The position numbers were made by a program, and so were the translations under genes. Below, one piece after another: positions 1 through 13,200 of a stretch of DNA of 64,000 nucleotides. How positions within the stretch are numbered: the stretch's first letter is position 1; each line of letters starts with the position of its first letter. Origin of the DNA: Balanoglossus misakiensis. Lineage: Eukaryota; Animalia; Hemichordata. Below the pieces are notes generated by a model. That model saw only the letters and a list, made by a program, of their open reading frames with translations. It was not told the DNA's origin and ran no database searches. The stretch spans positions 3,028,783 through 3,092,782 of the forward strand of contig CM082580.2 in NCBI GenBank assembly GCA_040954595.2, given 5' to 3'.

Positions 1-59
1 ATTGTGACTGCATGTTGCAATTTGAACACACTATTTTTAAACCGGTGCTGCACCGATTT

Positions 60-200
60 AATCAGCCTCCGTACAAACAGTACGTAGCTATAGTGGTATG
101 CATTGCCAAGAGATGACAAACTGATGCAAATGCAAGTACATGTAATATGGCTTAGTGGAGAGGATTTTAGAGGATAAGGAATATATGTGAATTGTTTTAC
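60..200. repeat. Dispersed repeat fragment; second copy at about 4780-4920
   Basis: Both copies share AAGAGATGACAAACTGATGC and TAATATGGCTTAG blocks. Confidence 0.6.
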
Positions 201-1293
201 TATGGAAAAAATATATCAAATTTGGCAGCTATAGGGGCTTAAGCAACATCTGATGCAAAGGATGAACTGCATACATGTATTTTGTACGACAATGAAAGCT
301 TTGAGTCGTACCCTTTCACCTCCATTTCCAAGAATAGTGGTAAAGGGGTTAGTGTCACACTGCCAGCTTGTTTCTTCCAACCATTTTCAAACAGCAAATC
401 ACAACACAGTAAACTGTTTAAAACTTTATTGATGAATGACCTGTGGATACAAGCAACTACAAGCTAAAAGATAAAAATCATTGATTGCAACAACATGATT
501 TGGAAATACAGCAAACTGTCCATGTGGACGCCTTGTCAGTTACAAAGTATTCGTTTGACAGTCCGACAATTCATACTCGTGACTTCATTCATATCAAACA
601 TTCGAATTTCCTTAAAGTGCCTCTTCAAACAGATTGAAAATTCTGCACAAATTTCATGGGGAAATGAAATTTGCATGATGGATAAAGGAACAATTTACCA
701 CAAAACTGACATCGGAGTAGAAGAATGATGAAAATATGTGCGGTAAGTAGAAACTTGCACACAGCAAAAGGAATGATTTTGTGACGATGCAGAGTCATGA
801 TGAAAAATAGAACTTTTCTTGTATAACACTGAAATCAAATTTCTTCTACTCTCAACGTAATACAACCTTAGTTCGTCTCCCATTATAGCACGAGTTTACA
901 AGGAAAGCTTAGACTTATTACAACAGCCACAGCGAATAGAAAAGTGAGCCAGGCTTTGTGCCTGACTTGGCTGCCAAAAAAAAAAAAAACCATGGAAAGT
1001 ACCGGTAAACGTAAACAGATTTACTTAAAACTAAGATTGCAGTCAAACTGGAACAGTTTTAATTTTATGCTTTGACTTCTACAGATGATTTGATAATCTG
1101 TTGACACTCTCCCTATAAAAGATATCAGAGTATGCAAAGCAGAAACTACTGAATCTTTTATCACTGATCAAAAAAAAAGAAAAGAAAATACACGTAACAG
1201 TCACTATGCTTTCCTTAACATCAAACTGTGATAAAGTACAATGTTTATAAATGTTGAAAAAGTTTTTTTGAAATGATCATCTTTGGATGGCAG

Positions 1294-4200
1294 CTACAAA
1301 AAATAATCTAATTCATTCCGTACATATGTATTCTTCTCTTCATTTGACACTCTGCAGTAACCAGCAACCAATGCATCCTGTGCTCCTATGTAAAGTGTGT
1401 TATAAATCTTCCAATAAACATCTCGCACTTTTCTGGCTGGGTGGAATAAGCCCTGAAATAAGAACCAAACATGATGCATCATTCAAAACTGTTAACAACA
1501 AAACGTGGACTAAAAGCGTTCACTTGATCACAGAAATATAACTATGGACAAACATGTACGGTGATTTTAAAATAATTGTTGCAACAGAAGTCTTCTACAG
1601 ATTTAACAGTAGCAAAGGCACTTCACTATTTACATGAACTACAAGTGAGATGTAAATGGTCACCATTTTCAAACTTAAAAAATTACACACAGGTTCCTAG
1701 CAAAAATACATGGAAAATAAGATCAAAGGTTACGACATACAGTCATGTACTTTTGAAAGCACCCGTCCCACGATCGGAATGATAAAAGGGCATCAACCCA
1801 TCCAACTTACCTGCATAGCATATTGTAAGAGTTTGATGGCACCCAGCCCAACTCGGAGACCTTCAACAGCATCCATAACAGCCTGTATCACGTGAGGTGA
1901 CGTCTCAAAGATATTAGGCCACACATAGTTAAGTAAATGAATTAGTGCATCCTCACAGCCAAATCCATACACACCAAGTGCCATGTGTTTGATAGCTGCA
2001 CACGCTGTCTGTCTGTGAACAAGATCTCTGTTGGAAACAAACAGAATAAAATCCAGAGGTAAATCTAAACCGAATGTAACAGACAGGAATGGCCACAATA
2101 TATACTTGTGGAGGCCCTACATAATCAAGATAACATTGCTTTTGCAAAGATATCAATGTCCCCCATGCATGTAATTGGTTGTAGATGTGCACAATCCCGC
2201 TGAATTTGAGACTTTCATGGTCATTCTATCTGATATGACATCAATGAATACACATCAAGTTGTGTTGCTGATGCACCAAAATGTCCATGCACATGCATTG
2301 AAAACGACAGCTAGACAAAACAGCAAGGGATAGACAAAGACGTGCACCAACCTGTCCATGAGGGCATCTTCTAACAATGGCGCCACGGAATAAATATAAT
2401 CTTTTCCCATCTCTCCAATGTATTCAAAGAGAAACGAGAGGGACTTGAGAACCCCGTTTTGCACGTTCAGTTCGGGTACCCTGTACTCATTCATCAGCGC
2501 TGGCAGTACTGTAAATGGTGAGCAGGTTTCAGCAACAATGGCTATGGCCACTGTTGTGCAGACACGATTCTGACGTTCCTGTACCTTCAGATTGTTGAGA
2601 AGAGTGGCTAACACGTCATGTGGCCTGGAAAGGGAAACCAATTATTCGGAATTTAATATGTTCAATTAATACTCAACGCATTACTAGTTTTTGACATACA
2701 CTACATATAATCAATAATGATAACTTCCAAAGATAATTAAAGGGAAATTTGCTGTAACTTTTGGCTTTATTTCCAGTATTGTTGTTCCACGTATCAAATG
2801 CAATTTCTTGCTCAACTCCAAACAGCATGCCAATATACCCAAGTCCTCTGCTTGTAAACATAGCCTGTATGTGTATAACCGCCATTGTTATTCAACAGTG
2901 CACTAAATTGTGTTAGTAACTTGTGACTGTGTATGCAATGAAAGTAAACCTTACCCAATGGCCTTTGCAATATAGCCAAAAGTGTTAACAGTAGCTCTTC
3001 TGATGGCTTTTTTGTGAGCTTTCAGTAACTCTAACAACTCAAAACAGATCCTCATCCACTCACGGGCCGACACGTATTCAGAACCTCTATCTGCAATCCT
3101 ACCCACAAGATCAATACAATTTTCTTGTACCTTTTCATGTCTGAAAGAGAAAAAAAGACAAAAGGATCATCATTTATGCATTATTGAAGTTTTTAACAGA
3201 GGATGCTACAGTAAAGGAGATGGTACCCCCCCCCCCCCCTACAATTTCCAATGAGGGGGGCAGGGGGAGGTTGAACAATTCTGAGGAGGATTTGAAGTGA
3301 CTCTATTTACATATGTCTCATTGTGCCATAACTAGCCCTTTATTATTTGACAGGCTTGACACTTTCTTAGATTGTGTACATACCAGAAAGCCTGTATGCA
3401 GCCAACTGACACTAAGAGTCTGGCTACATTATGAAGTCAATAAATCAAATTCTTCTTGTGAACACCCGAGTCCCATCCTGAACCAGGATGGCACAAAGGA
3501 TTGACTGCCCATTCACTCCCACAAATTTTTAAGGAAAATTTGAAATGACTAATATGTTAGTCAACAGGATGTTTTCCCACTGCACCCTGAACAGTTCATG
3601 AGGTGCCATATTCCACAAATCCTGAATCTGCCATTCAACTTACCAAAGATGCAACCACTGCCCACATGTTGCATTTTGATGACGTAGACCGTATTTCTTC
3701 ATTGGGTGAACAAACACTCACACATCACATATATATCATATCTGTTTATTTTTATGACCTCTGAATGACCTTCCTCGACTCACCTATTTTTCAAAATTGG
3801 AGTTAGACGTGGCAGTAGATCTTTGATTGGTGGGGTCATCTTATGCATACCAATGACATTGACAATAGCCTTCAAAGCACCCAAGATACTACCCAATACT
3901 TCTGGGTATTCTTCACCAAGGTACTCATACAACACCACTCCCAAATGACCCATTAATTTTTCCTGTAGTTAAAAAATGTGGTATTAGTAGGGTAATGCAC
4001 AGAAAATAAAAGTTTGCTCTGAGATATTGGAATTACATTATGATTAGCAACGGCACATACCAAACAAACTAAAGACATGAATGAATATGTGTATGTATGT
4101 TTGTCTTATTTGCTTGGCAAGACAAAATCAATATCAATTATTTTTTTAATAATTCACTGAATTTATTCATTGAATTGTGGATATTCATTAATTAAAGACA

Positions 4201-7200
4201 AAATACAATACTATTCTTGGCTAACATGTGCATGATCTTAAAAGACCTAACATTTATAACTGTTGCTAACAACAATACTTACTTCTTGACATGTCCTCAT
4301 GACCACTGCAATTCTCGAGATAAGATCAGCAGCCTGTTGTCGGACCTTGGCCGCTTTGTTGTTGAGACGCCACAGAATAGTACCACAGATCTGTGGTAGA
4401 TACGGCTTCACTCTCTTGCCAAGGGCATTCACCACTGTACCAAACCCATTCAACATAACCACATCCTGTCAAGAAAATATGCAAAGACCGCTGGATTGAA
4501 GGAGCAAGTTGGTTGAAATCTCTGATAAGAATGACAGTTACATCGCTGTCAGTCATCACACTATTCTTTTGTCATCAAAAAATCATTACCACTGATAAAC
4601 AACACCACTTCATTCAAGCCCCAACAGCTGCCATGTCTTGCATTATTTTCAATACTTCCAAACTTAGATCGGTCCACATAAATAAACATACTGATAGGCA
4701 TACATGAACATCTTATTGACACCAGATTGTGGCTGTACGTTCCAATTTGAACAAGTGATATATTTAACAGGTGCCACACCCATTCAATTGGCCTCCATAC
4801 AAAGAGTACACAACTATCGTGGTATACGTTGCAAAGAGATGACAAACTGATGCCAATACAAGGTATAATATGGCTTAGGGCCTTAAGGAGAGGCTATATG
4901 AAGTGCAGACTTTTGACTATCAACATACAAGAGTTAGTGTTTGAGTTCAGGAATTGAACAAGCGAGTGAATAGTAGTAGATGATGGATCTCACCTCTGTC
5001 GTCTGTTCCTGGAATGCATACAAGATGCCATCAATCAGCTGTTCTTCTAACCTGGAATCAATGTCTGCCGCACCCAGATTCCCCATGATCTTCTCAATGG
5101 TCTCCATCACCATCTTCCGGTACTGTTCAGCTTCATCTTTCAGATCGTCCACTATCCTGCTGACAATCTCTGCTGCCCCAACTTTGTTGGCCAATTCAAC
5201 AGTGGTGTCCACAAGCTGTTCAAATGAAAAGAATTAGATAATTTCTCAAAAAATAACCCCAAGCAGAATCCTGCACTCTCGTCTATTGTCCAACTTTACC
5301 TCATTAATAAACAAATGAATAATCATTGGAAACAAGGCCACATCTGTCATCAATAGAAGACAAGGCCAAAATGTGTGGATTGTTACAAATCACCTATGTC
5401 TGGAACACACTTTGGAGCCTACAAAAAGAGATTTAAACTTTTGAATAAAAACATCAATAAAACACTTAATCCCAAAATCATCTGATCAAAAGCCTAGACA
5501 GAGCCAATGATCAAAGTACAGTCAAACCTGTCTAAAGTGGCAAGTCAAGGGGATTTCCAAAAATGGCCTTTGTAGACAGGTGGTCTTTATAGACAGGTCA
5601 ATTAATGCACACGTAAATTGCACAGGGACTGTAACATAGTGGCTACTATATAGAGGTGGTCACTAACACAGGTTTGACTGTATTGTCAAAACAATCATTT
5701 AATGAAGAGAAGACAAAACCACGCATGTATTATTCACCTGTCTGTAGTTTCTCCTTTCCAAAGCCATCCTGTGTTGCCAGAAATGTTTGAAGAAATGTGG
5801 CAGAATTTCATCTTTAATGTACTGTGACTCCACACCATCAGTAGCACAACACTGCTTGACCACTTTCAATACAATCTTCTTCATTTCCTCATCCGGCGAC
5901 TGAAACTCTCGGATCAAAATCAACATGACTTCCCTGGTGTAGTAGTTGGCATATTCGGCATCCATCAATGGAATCAGGTACCCGATGGCTTTCAAGAAAG
6001 CTGCCAGACCCTGTCAAGAAGATGCAACATTTCCTGTTAGAATACAACTATCATGTAGACAGCCACAGCTCAACATTTGTTTGGTAATGTTTCCTCCAAA
6101 ACTACATACGGTGAAAAAAAAATACAATCTTTGAGTCCTTATTTATGGGTATAAATTTCTGTACAAGAACTTCACAAGATAATTTCAAGGGTTTTTATTA
6201 TCAGAAATCTGCCTTTGTTAAGTACAGTCTACATGTTATTCCGTGGTACATGCACTATTCAAATGAATGCAGAAAAATTTTATAGTGTTGGTAAAAATAT
6301 GTTAAAGTAGTTTTAAGGTTTCCCGATAGGAAAAATGAGACCTCTATGCACTGTTATAAAGTAAGATTATTATAAAGCCAGAAACACACACGTCCATGTC
6401 ATTGCTTACGCTGTAGTATTTCCAGTTGATACTTGGACCAACAAACGCTTTTGCAACTCTCTTGAACAGCGTATATGCCTCTGAGTGTTACGTTCTATAT
6501 CTACTGTGAAACACTTTATTTTTGCGAGTTGAAATTTTCGTGATATCGAGAGAGGCCAGTTTCACGAGTATTAATTTTTACGCGACTTTTATTTTCACGT
6601 TATTTTGGCTCTCGTGTATTTCGCAAAAAATTTTTGCTCGCGAAAATAAAGTGTTTTACAGTAATTTGACTGACCTTTCCTCTGTGTTGTCTGATACCTT
6701 TCCACAGTGGTTTGAGTACACTGTCAAATGATTCAATACCATAGGGTGTGGCAGCTTCTGCCAAGGCTGCCAAAGCCAAAGCTGTGATGGTACGTACTTT
6801 TTGCTGTTCATCAACGAGTCCTGTCAAAGTACATCAATATATGTTACGGCTTAGTTCATATGCTTATACAACACAAGAAAAAAAGCAAGTAAAAAGGCAC
6901 ACAATTGTATTTTAAGAGACTGTTGATTCTGTATAATGATGTGATCCACCTGTGCAATTGCAAGTAGACTTCAAATAGACTTGAATTCACCTTGCTATGC
7001 TTCTTGTAGACTACTATCAATTATCATACATGCAAAGCTTGTTCTCGCAGTGAAGCTATTAGCCGGTATTTTCACCTACTGTTACTGTGTACATCCAATA
7101 AAAGCGTAATGTGGAGGAGTGATCAGAATAGACAACTTGACAATGTGCCCAAAAACTTAAATTTACATTCCCTGAAAAACTTACCATGCTCAATAATCTC

Positions 7201-10200
7201 CACCAGATTTCTCAAATGAGGCAGTATGGCACATCCCATCAGAATAGCAATCTGCTGTACAATCTTGATGCCAGTATGTCTGGCCTGCCAAGACTTCTTA
7301 CTCCTGCACACAGCTTTCAAGAAGGGCATCAGGGATGGGATGCCAAGGGCGGAGGCTACAACGGCAAAGGCTCGAGCAGTAGTGTTACGTACATACTCGT
7401 CCAAGTTGTCAATATCCGGACGCATTGTTGAGATCATGGTGGCTAATCCGGCTGCTTTGGCCAAGTTGGAGATGATTTCGCGACCCTCCACGCGAGCGTA
7501 GTAATCTTCATCAATCAACAGTGGTTCAATAACCACAAGAATCTGAAACAAACAAAATTCCATGAAATTAATACACGTGAAACACCAACCTTCATGCAAG
7601 CTGTAAGACAATGATGAGATTGGTTATGGTAGGCTGTAGTCGCACTAACGACCTGTTTGAGCGAATGACGCTGGATCGCATACAAGAGCTACACATTCCA
7701 AGCGCCACACATTCCAAGCGCCACCCAATGACACAGTGTCTGAATGAGTCTAGTGTGCAAACAATCACGAATTACTTAATTATATATTCATTTATGAAAA
7801 TTTCCTGATATGCTTTAATCTTAATCCCAGGGAGAACACTTCGTCGTTTGCAGAACATCTCTTCATGTACATGAAAGGAACTGATGATCAAAATGATGAT
7901 GAAGAGTTGATTCTCACAATATTGGCATAACAGAATAAGGTGAAGTTCCTAGGATGGCATTTTTGTGGAAATGCTAACTGAAAAAAAAAACAATTACTGT
8001 GGTTACATATGACATGACATGACATTGACAATCATAGCAAGTTTTACCTTGTGCACATATGGTCTGACTAAATCGTCCAGTTTGTAGAGAATTCTGTCGA
8101 TAACTTTCACCAGCAAATGACGTTCTTGATCCTCTAGAGTTGGAGACATCAGCAGTGGTAAGATCTGGTTGAACAACGGACCAGCACCAAACTCTCGGGA
8201 CTTGTCAGTGATCTGACGGAGAGCAGCTTTACGCATCGGTGGTGTTCCATTCTTGATCTTCAACAACAGTTTCATGATTCGTCTCTCTTTGAGTTCTTCG
8301 GGGCTCAGCGTGCTTTCATCAACATCCACCTACAAAAACAAACAACAAATCATTACCGACAAAATTCAAACAAAAACACACCCTCATGGTCATTCAAATC
8401 TCAATTGTAAACAATCAGTTTTCTACAAACTTACAATTACATTCACCTAAAAGACTTCACTGCCACTGACCAATACCAGACCAACCACTTGTCATTTTTG
8501 AAATCATCACAAAGTTAGAAACAGACAAAAAAATGTTTTCCTTATTAATGTCAGAATGTGGTTCCGGTAGAGTAGACATCTTTGTAATATGTGTTGATAG
8601 TTCTGTCAAAATCAAATCGATCTGACCATATATTCTCTTCAAATTTTTATTGACAGGCCAAGTTTGTTAAATATGTCTGGATTTAAAAGAGATATCTCAC
8701 CAGCAATTTGTCAAAATATTGTGCATCGTCTGGTTTCAGAAATGGTAGATTTCCAGGAGGTTGCTCCAAACCATGATTAGCAGTGGGATCTTCAACTTGA
8801 ATACGGAAACCAGGTGTTCCTGCCATTGGCGTCGGAGTGGCTGTTAGTTTCCGTGCGGGTGTACGGATGGGAACATATCCGGCCGGTGGTGGCAACACCT
8901 TGTAGCCTTCTGGGAAAAGGGTATCCAGTTCCTCATCAGTCCAAGGTCTGTTTCTTTCATCAATTTCTTTTTCCCATCTATACGCTTGCATTTGTTCCGG
9001 GGTCATCTGCATCAAATGACCTATGAAAAAAAAAAAAATGATCACAAATAGTATGACACTCAGTTTCCGAAGCAAGTAAATTCTTAGTTTTGCATCTGTG
9101 CACAAATAAGTTTTTTAGATGTTTTAGTGAAAAACACACACAATTTCCCATGTCATGATGCTCCACATATGACTTTTATATTGCAGTAATATACTTCTAT
9201 GTGCAATTATATTAGTCAATGAAACAATGACATAAAATGGTGTCGAATAGTTTTCAGAAAAATGCATATAGCATAGAAAAACTGTCAATGATGGAGTTTA
9301 TCGAAAATCAGTGATTTTCCGTAGCCAGTTGTTAGTTGATCACCAGACCCCTTACAATTATGCTTTCAGGCAGCCTACTGTTTAGTTGCTTTGGCTTGTA
9401 ACCATAGTACGATCGGATGAGGAGTGTTGATAATTCAACTTAACAAACTCCAACTTCGAGGTAAGCCCCATGCTTCATATTGGATACAGCTTTCGTCCTA
9501 TCACAATGCTCGCATTTACTGACCAATGAGAGCCATGTTAACAACAGTCCTTACCTGACCCTTTTCCCTTTAGCAGCCAGCGGTGGGAATGGGGCAGGAG
9601 ACTTGACTAATTTTGTTAATGATCTGCTTATTATTACTAATGATGAGCGAGTTCTTACCTGGTGTTGGAGTTGCCATGGCCATGGCTTTCTGTCCTGTGG
9701 GTGTGATACCTTGGCCCAACACAGGTGTAGCACCACCCATTTGATTAGCAGGGGTTTCATCCCAACGTGATCGTCTTCTGGATGAAGCACCAGGGGTTGG
9801 CGTCTCTGTAATGCTGTCACCCCCGCGATCTGTACGAGGTGTTTCAGCCCATCCACTGCCATGACCAGGGGTTTCTGTGCAAAGGAAAAGATCATGTCAA
9901 TAAAAGTGACCTCCTATTCTGCACACTTAGAGGGTCTATGCCACATCAACAGAATGCAAATCACTCTTTGGGTCTGAAGTCGAGTTTTGTTACAGTCTAA
10001 AATCTAATTCCAATGCTTATGGTTTGATAATTTGATGCGCAAAACTGGCAGATGGGCGTGTACCCTAGAGCCATACGAGTTGATACAGTAATAGTTCATG
10101 AAGTAAACGATCCATGTACTGGATGGAGGTTTCCTTACAAATGTGCACTACCTGGTTGGAATGTGAATTGTCAGACTGGCTGTGTGTTCAGAAAAAGTAG

Positions 10201-13200
10201 TAAAATAAGCCATGCTCATGTCTTTCAATCAAAAACAATAGAAAATGTTTAAACACGCACCATGCAAGACATTTTAATTGGGAGAATCGTCATTTCAAAT
10301 TTGATTTTATTGGTACTTCAAACGGCAAGATGTGAAATTTCATGATGGCTTGTACTGCATCATTTCACCAGAGAATGATAAATATTTTTAGGCAGGGCAC
10401 GTGTATATTCTGTGCATCATTACTGTATCAAACAGCACAGCACTTAAAAGGAATAAACTATTATGATTAGAAGAAACACAAAGTGCATGTAATAAACTGG
10501 GATGCAAAGTGATCTCACCTCTCTCTGTTCTTGGCGTCTCATCCCATCGATTTCTCCTGGCACTCGGTGTTGCACTGTGACCTGGTGTCATATGACCTCC
10601 AGGGTGACTGGGAGTCACATGGCCAGGGGTCAGGTGACCAGGTGTTGCATCCCACACACGAGTGCTGACACCAGGTGTGGCTCCTGGTGTCTCTCCCCCT
10701 TTGGCACGCCCAGGTGTTTCATCCCAACGGGTATTCGATGGGGTGTGTGCTGGTGTTGAAGACTTGAAAAGAACAAAGTGTGAAAGGTATGAGCGCACAG
10801 TTACAATCTCATCACATTTCGGATTCACTTTTTCTGCCACATCAACAAATATGGATGTCGTACGTTAGCAAATGCTTGATTTACAAATGTTCATTGTTTC
10901 TGTAAGCATGAGAATACAGAAGGTGTTTTACAATGTACCAAGCTATGACAAGTTTCAAAGACTTATGATGTCTAAGGACAATGAAATCCTTATAAATTTA
11001 TTTACACAGCTATGGAGCTGATAATGTTTTGCTTTCTCTGAGAATTTCCATTAAGTATTGTATTGTTTATACAGAATATTCTTTCCTGTACATTTCGAGT
11101 TTTTTTATTTTGTTTATATCTGTGCAAATATTTCCATATTGTGATCTATGTATCCTCCTTGCAAATGGGCCAGAGACCTTTAAACGCAATAAAGTCCATT
11201 CTACATACAGATCTGTTGACATTCACTCAGTGCAGTTATTCAAACCAGTCACGCTCTCAACATAGCATTCAAGACATATTACACAACATTAAATACAGCT
11301 TTCCACAGACATTTCTATTGCATACTTACTTCTGCTTGATCCCAACTTGATGTTTTCTTTTTAGGTGTTGCCCCTGGAGTCTCTTCACCTGGCTGATCCC
11401 ATCGACGTTTCTTTGCTGCAGGTCAAACAAGTTGGAAGGCTGTTGTCATGTATTACAGAGAGGCCTAACCCTTCGATTAGGAAACTTACAAAATATTTGC
11501 TTTTGTCCATGTAAGCTCTTGTTTCAGAATGCAACATCCACTTTCAAAATTCTCTTGAATGACAATAGTTACTTATGAACTGGGCAGTCGAAATCAAAAT
11601 ACTTTGCCCAATGGATGCATACATGCTAACAATGAACAGAGTTGTGATTTGGTTTGCGTGTTTATAATAATGAAAGAGTTGAAATACCTGGTTTTGCAGC
11701 CACTGGTGCTGACCCGTTGACAACATTCAACTCACCAGCTGCGGCCTTTTCATGTAATTTGCTTCTTATTTCACGCTGAAATAAAACATTTTATAAAAAT
11801 ATGGATTATTGTACATGCATTGTGTATGGGTGGTCTAATTATAAGAATCAGATGTAACTGTAAATAATTACCCTCCATACTGGATCTCCTGCACTACTCA
11901 GTCAACTAACAATGTTGATTTTCATTTGCCCCGACTGTTTATTGCCGAAATACAGTCTCCCTACTTTACATCGCTGAGATCAGCCATTGGTATCACAGTC
12001 ACAGAGAAGAGACATTGATGTAAGCATATCAATTCTAAAATCCAATAGGTCACTTTCATGACCCCTGCGTGAACTTTCATCTTGGGGTTTCGTTGGCATG
12101 ACATCAGACATCATACATCATTCAATGTTACACACCCCATTGTAATAGACAACATTCAAATTTTTGTTCTTGGATGAGTTAAAATGCATATATTCCATAG
12201 TATGAATGACTGTTTCAGAGCTAAAACTCCACCAGGATGTCAAGGGTCGCATAGGGTCATGAAAGAGGGCCAATTCAATTACACCAGCATTGCAAAAAAA
12301 CTGACCTGATCTGCTCTTAGAGCCTGTTCAGCCATCACTTCAGCATACGTACGACTTTTGGGATCTGGGGTCTTGCCACCTGTATAAAGACAGAGAAAAA
12401 GTCACAAAAACAGAAAAGAAAGAAAGGTTATTAGAACAATCATGTGAAACAACAATCCCCTCCCTGTTCAGACAGAGTTACCAAAGACTAACACCCCAGT
12501 CATTGTTAATTTGACTTTTCTTTTTCTTTTGCTTGTATGCACGGGCAAAGCAAAGTGGTTGAGAATGTATTATTATGCCTTAGACAGTTACTAGTCTTCT
12601 GCATGGAGTCTGAATTCAAAAGCAGCTCTGTGAAACCATCTCTTGGTAATGGATCTGTAGAAGACCACTGGGAACGTTTCAGATGCCCCAACCCACTTTG
12701 CTATGCGCCGTACAGACAATACAGAAATTGACTATAAGATGACATATAGTAAATGGATTCAAAAAGTCCTGGACAGACTTCGGACATGTCATGTTTGGCA
12801 TACATACTGACCAGTACTCTTTTCAAAATCACCACTTAAAAGGTGAAACGTGTCCAATTCTGTGCCAGGACTAAAAGCACACAACTTATCAAAGACAATC
12901 AAAGTGGAAAAATACAGGGAAAAACTGGTTTTGTAGCCATTTGATTTCCTGCTTGGTTGCCCATAGATACGTACTGTTCTTCACCTCAGTCGATGCGACT
13001 CGGTTGGTTTAACATTCAGAAGTCTGCAAGAGGTAGCCTTAAAGTTAACTTTCAAAGCCTGTTAGTGTACTTTCATGGAAAATTTGAAAATCTGAAAAAG
13101 CTCACAATCAAACTGACACATTCCTGTCTAAACTCCACTTCAAACTTTGTTTCTCTTATTTAAATACATTGAAGTAAAATGAACTTGAATAATAGGGTCA

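Noticed and set aside
282-1290. Short ORFs in the ORF track here and in most introns
   Set aside because: They show no recognisable protein motifs. They lie in the SF3B1 3' UTR or flank, in introns, or antisense to real exons.
7608-7745. ATGATGA...CTGA as a C/D snoRNA
   Set aside because: It is antisense to the SF3B1 host, has no convincing terminal stem and contains a 16-bp tandem duplication that suggests a repeat.
9455-9605. RNase MRP/P RNA suggested by ATGGGGCTTAC
   Set aside because: There is no proper CR-I GAAAGUCCCC partner. It is kept only as a possible splicing structure.
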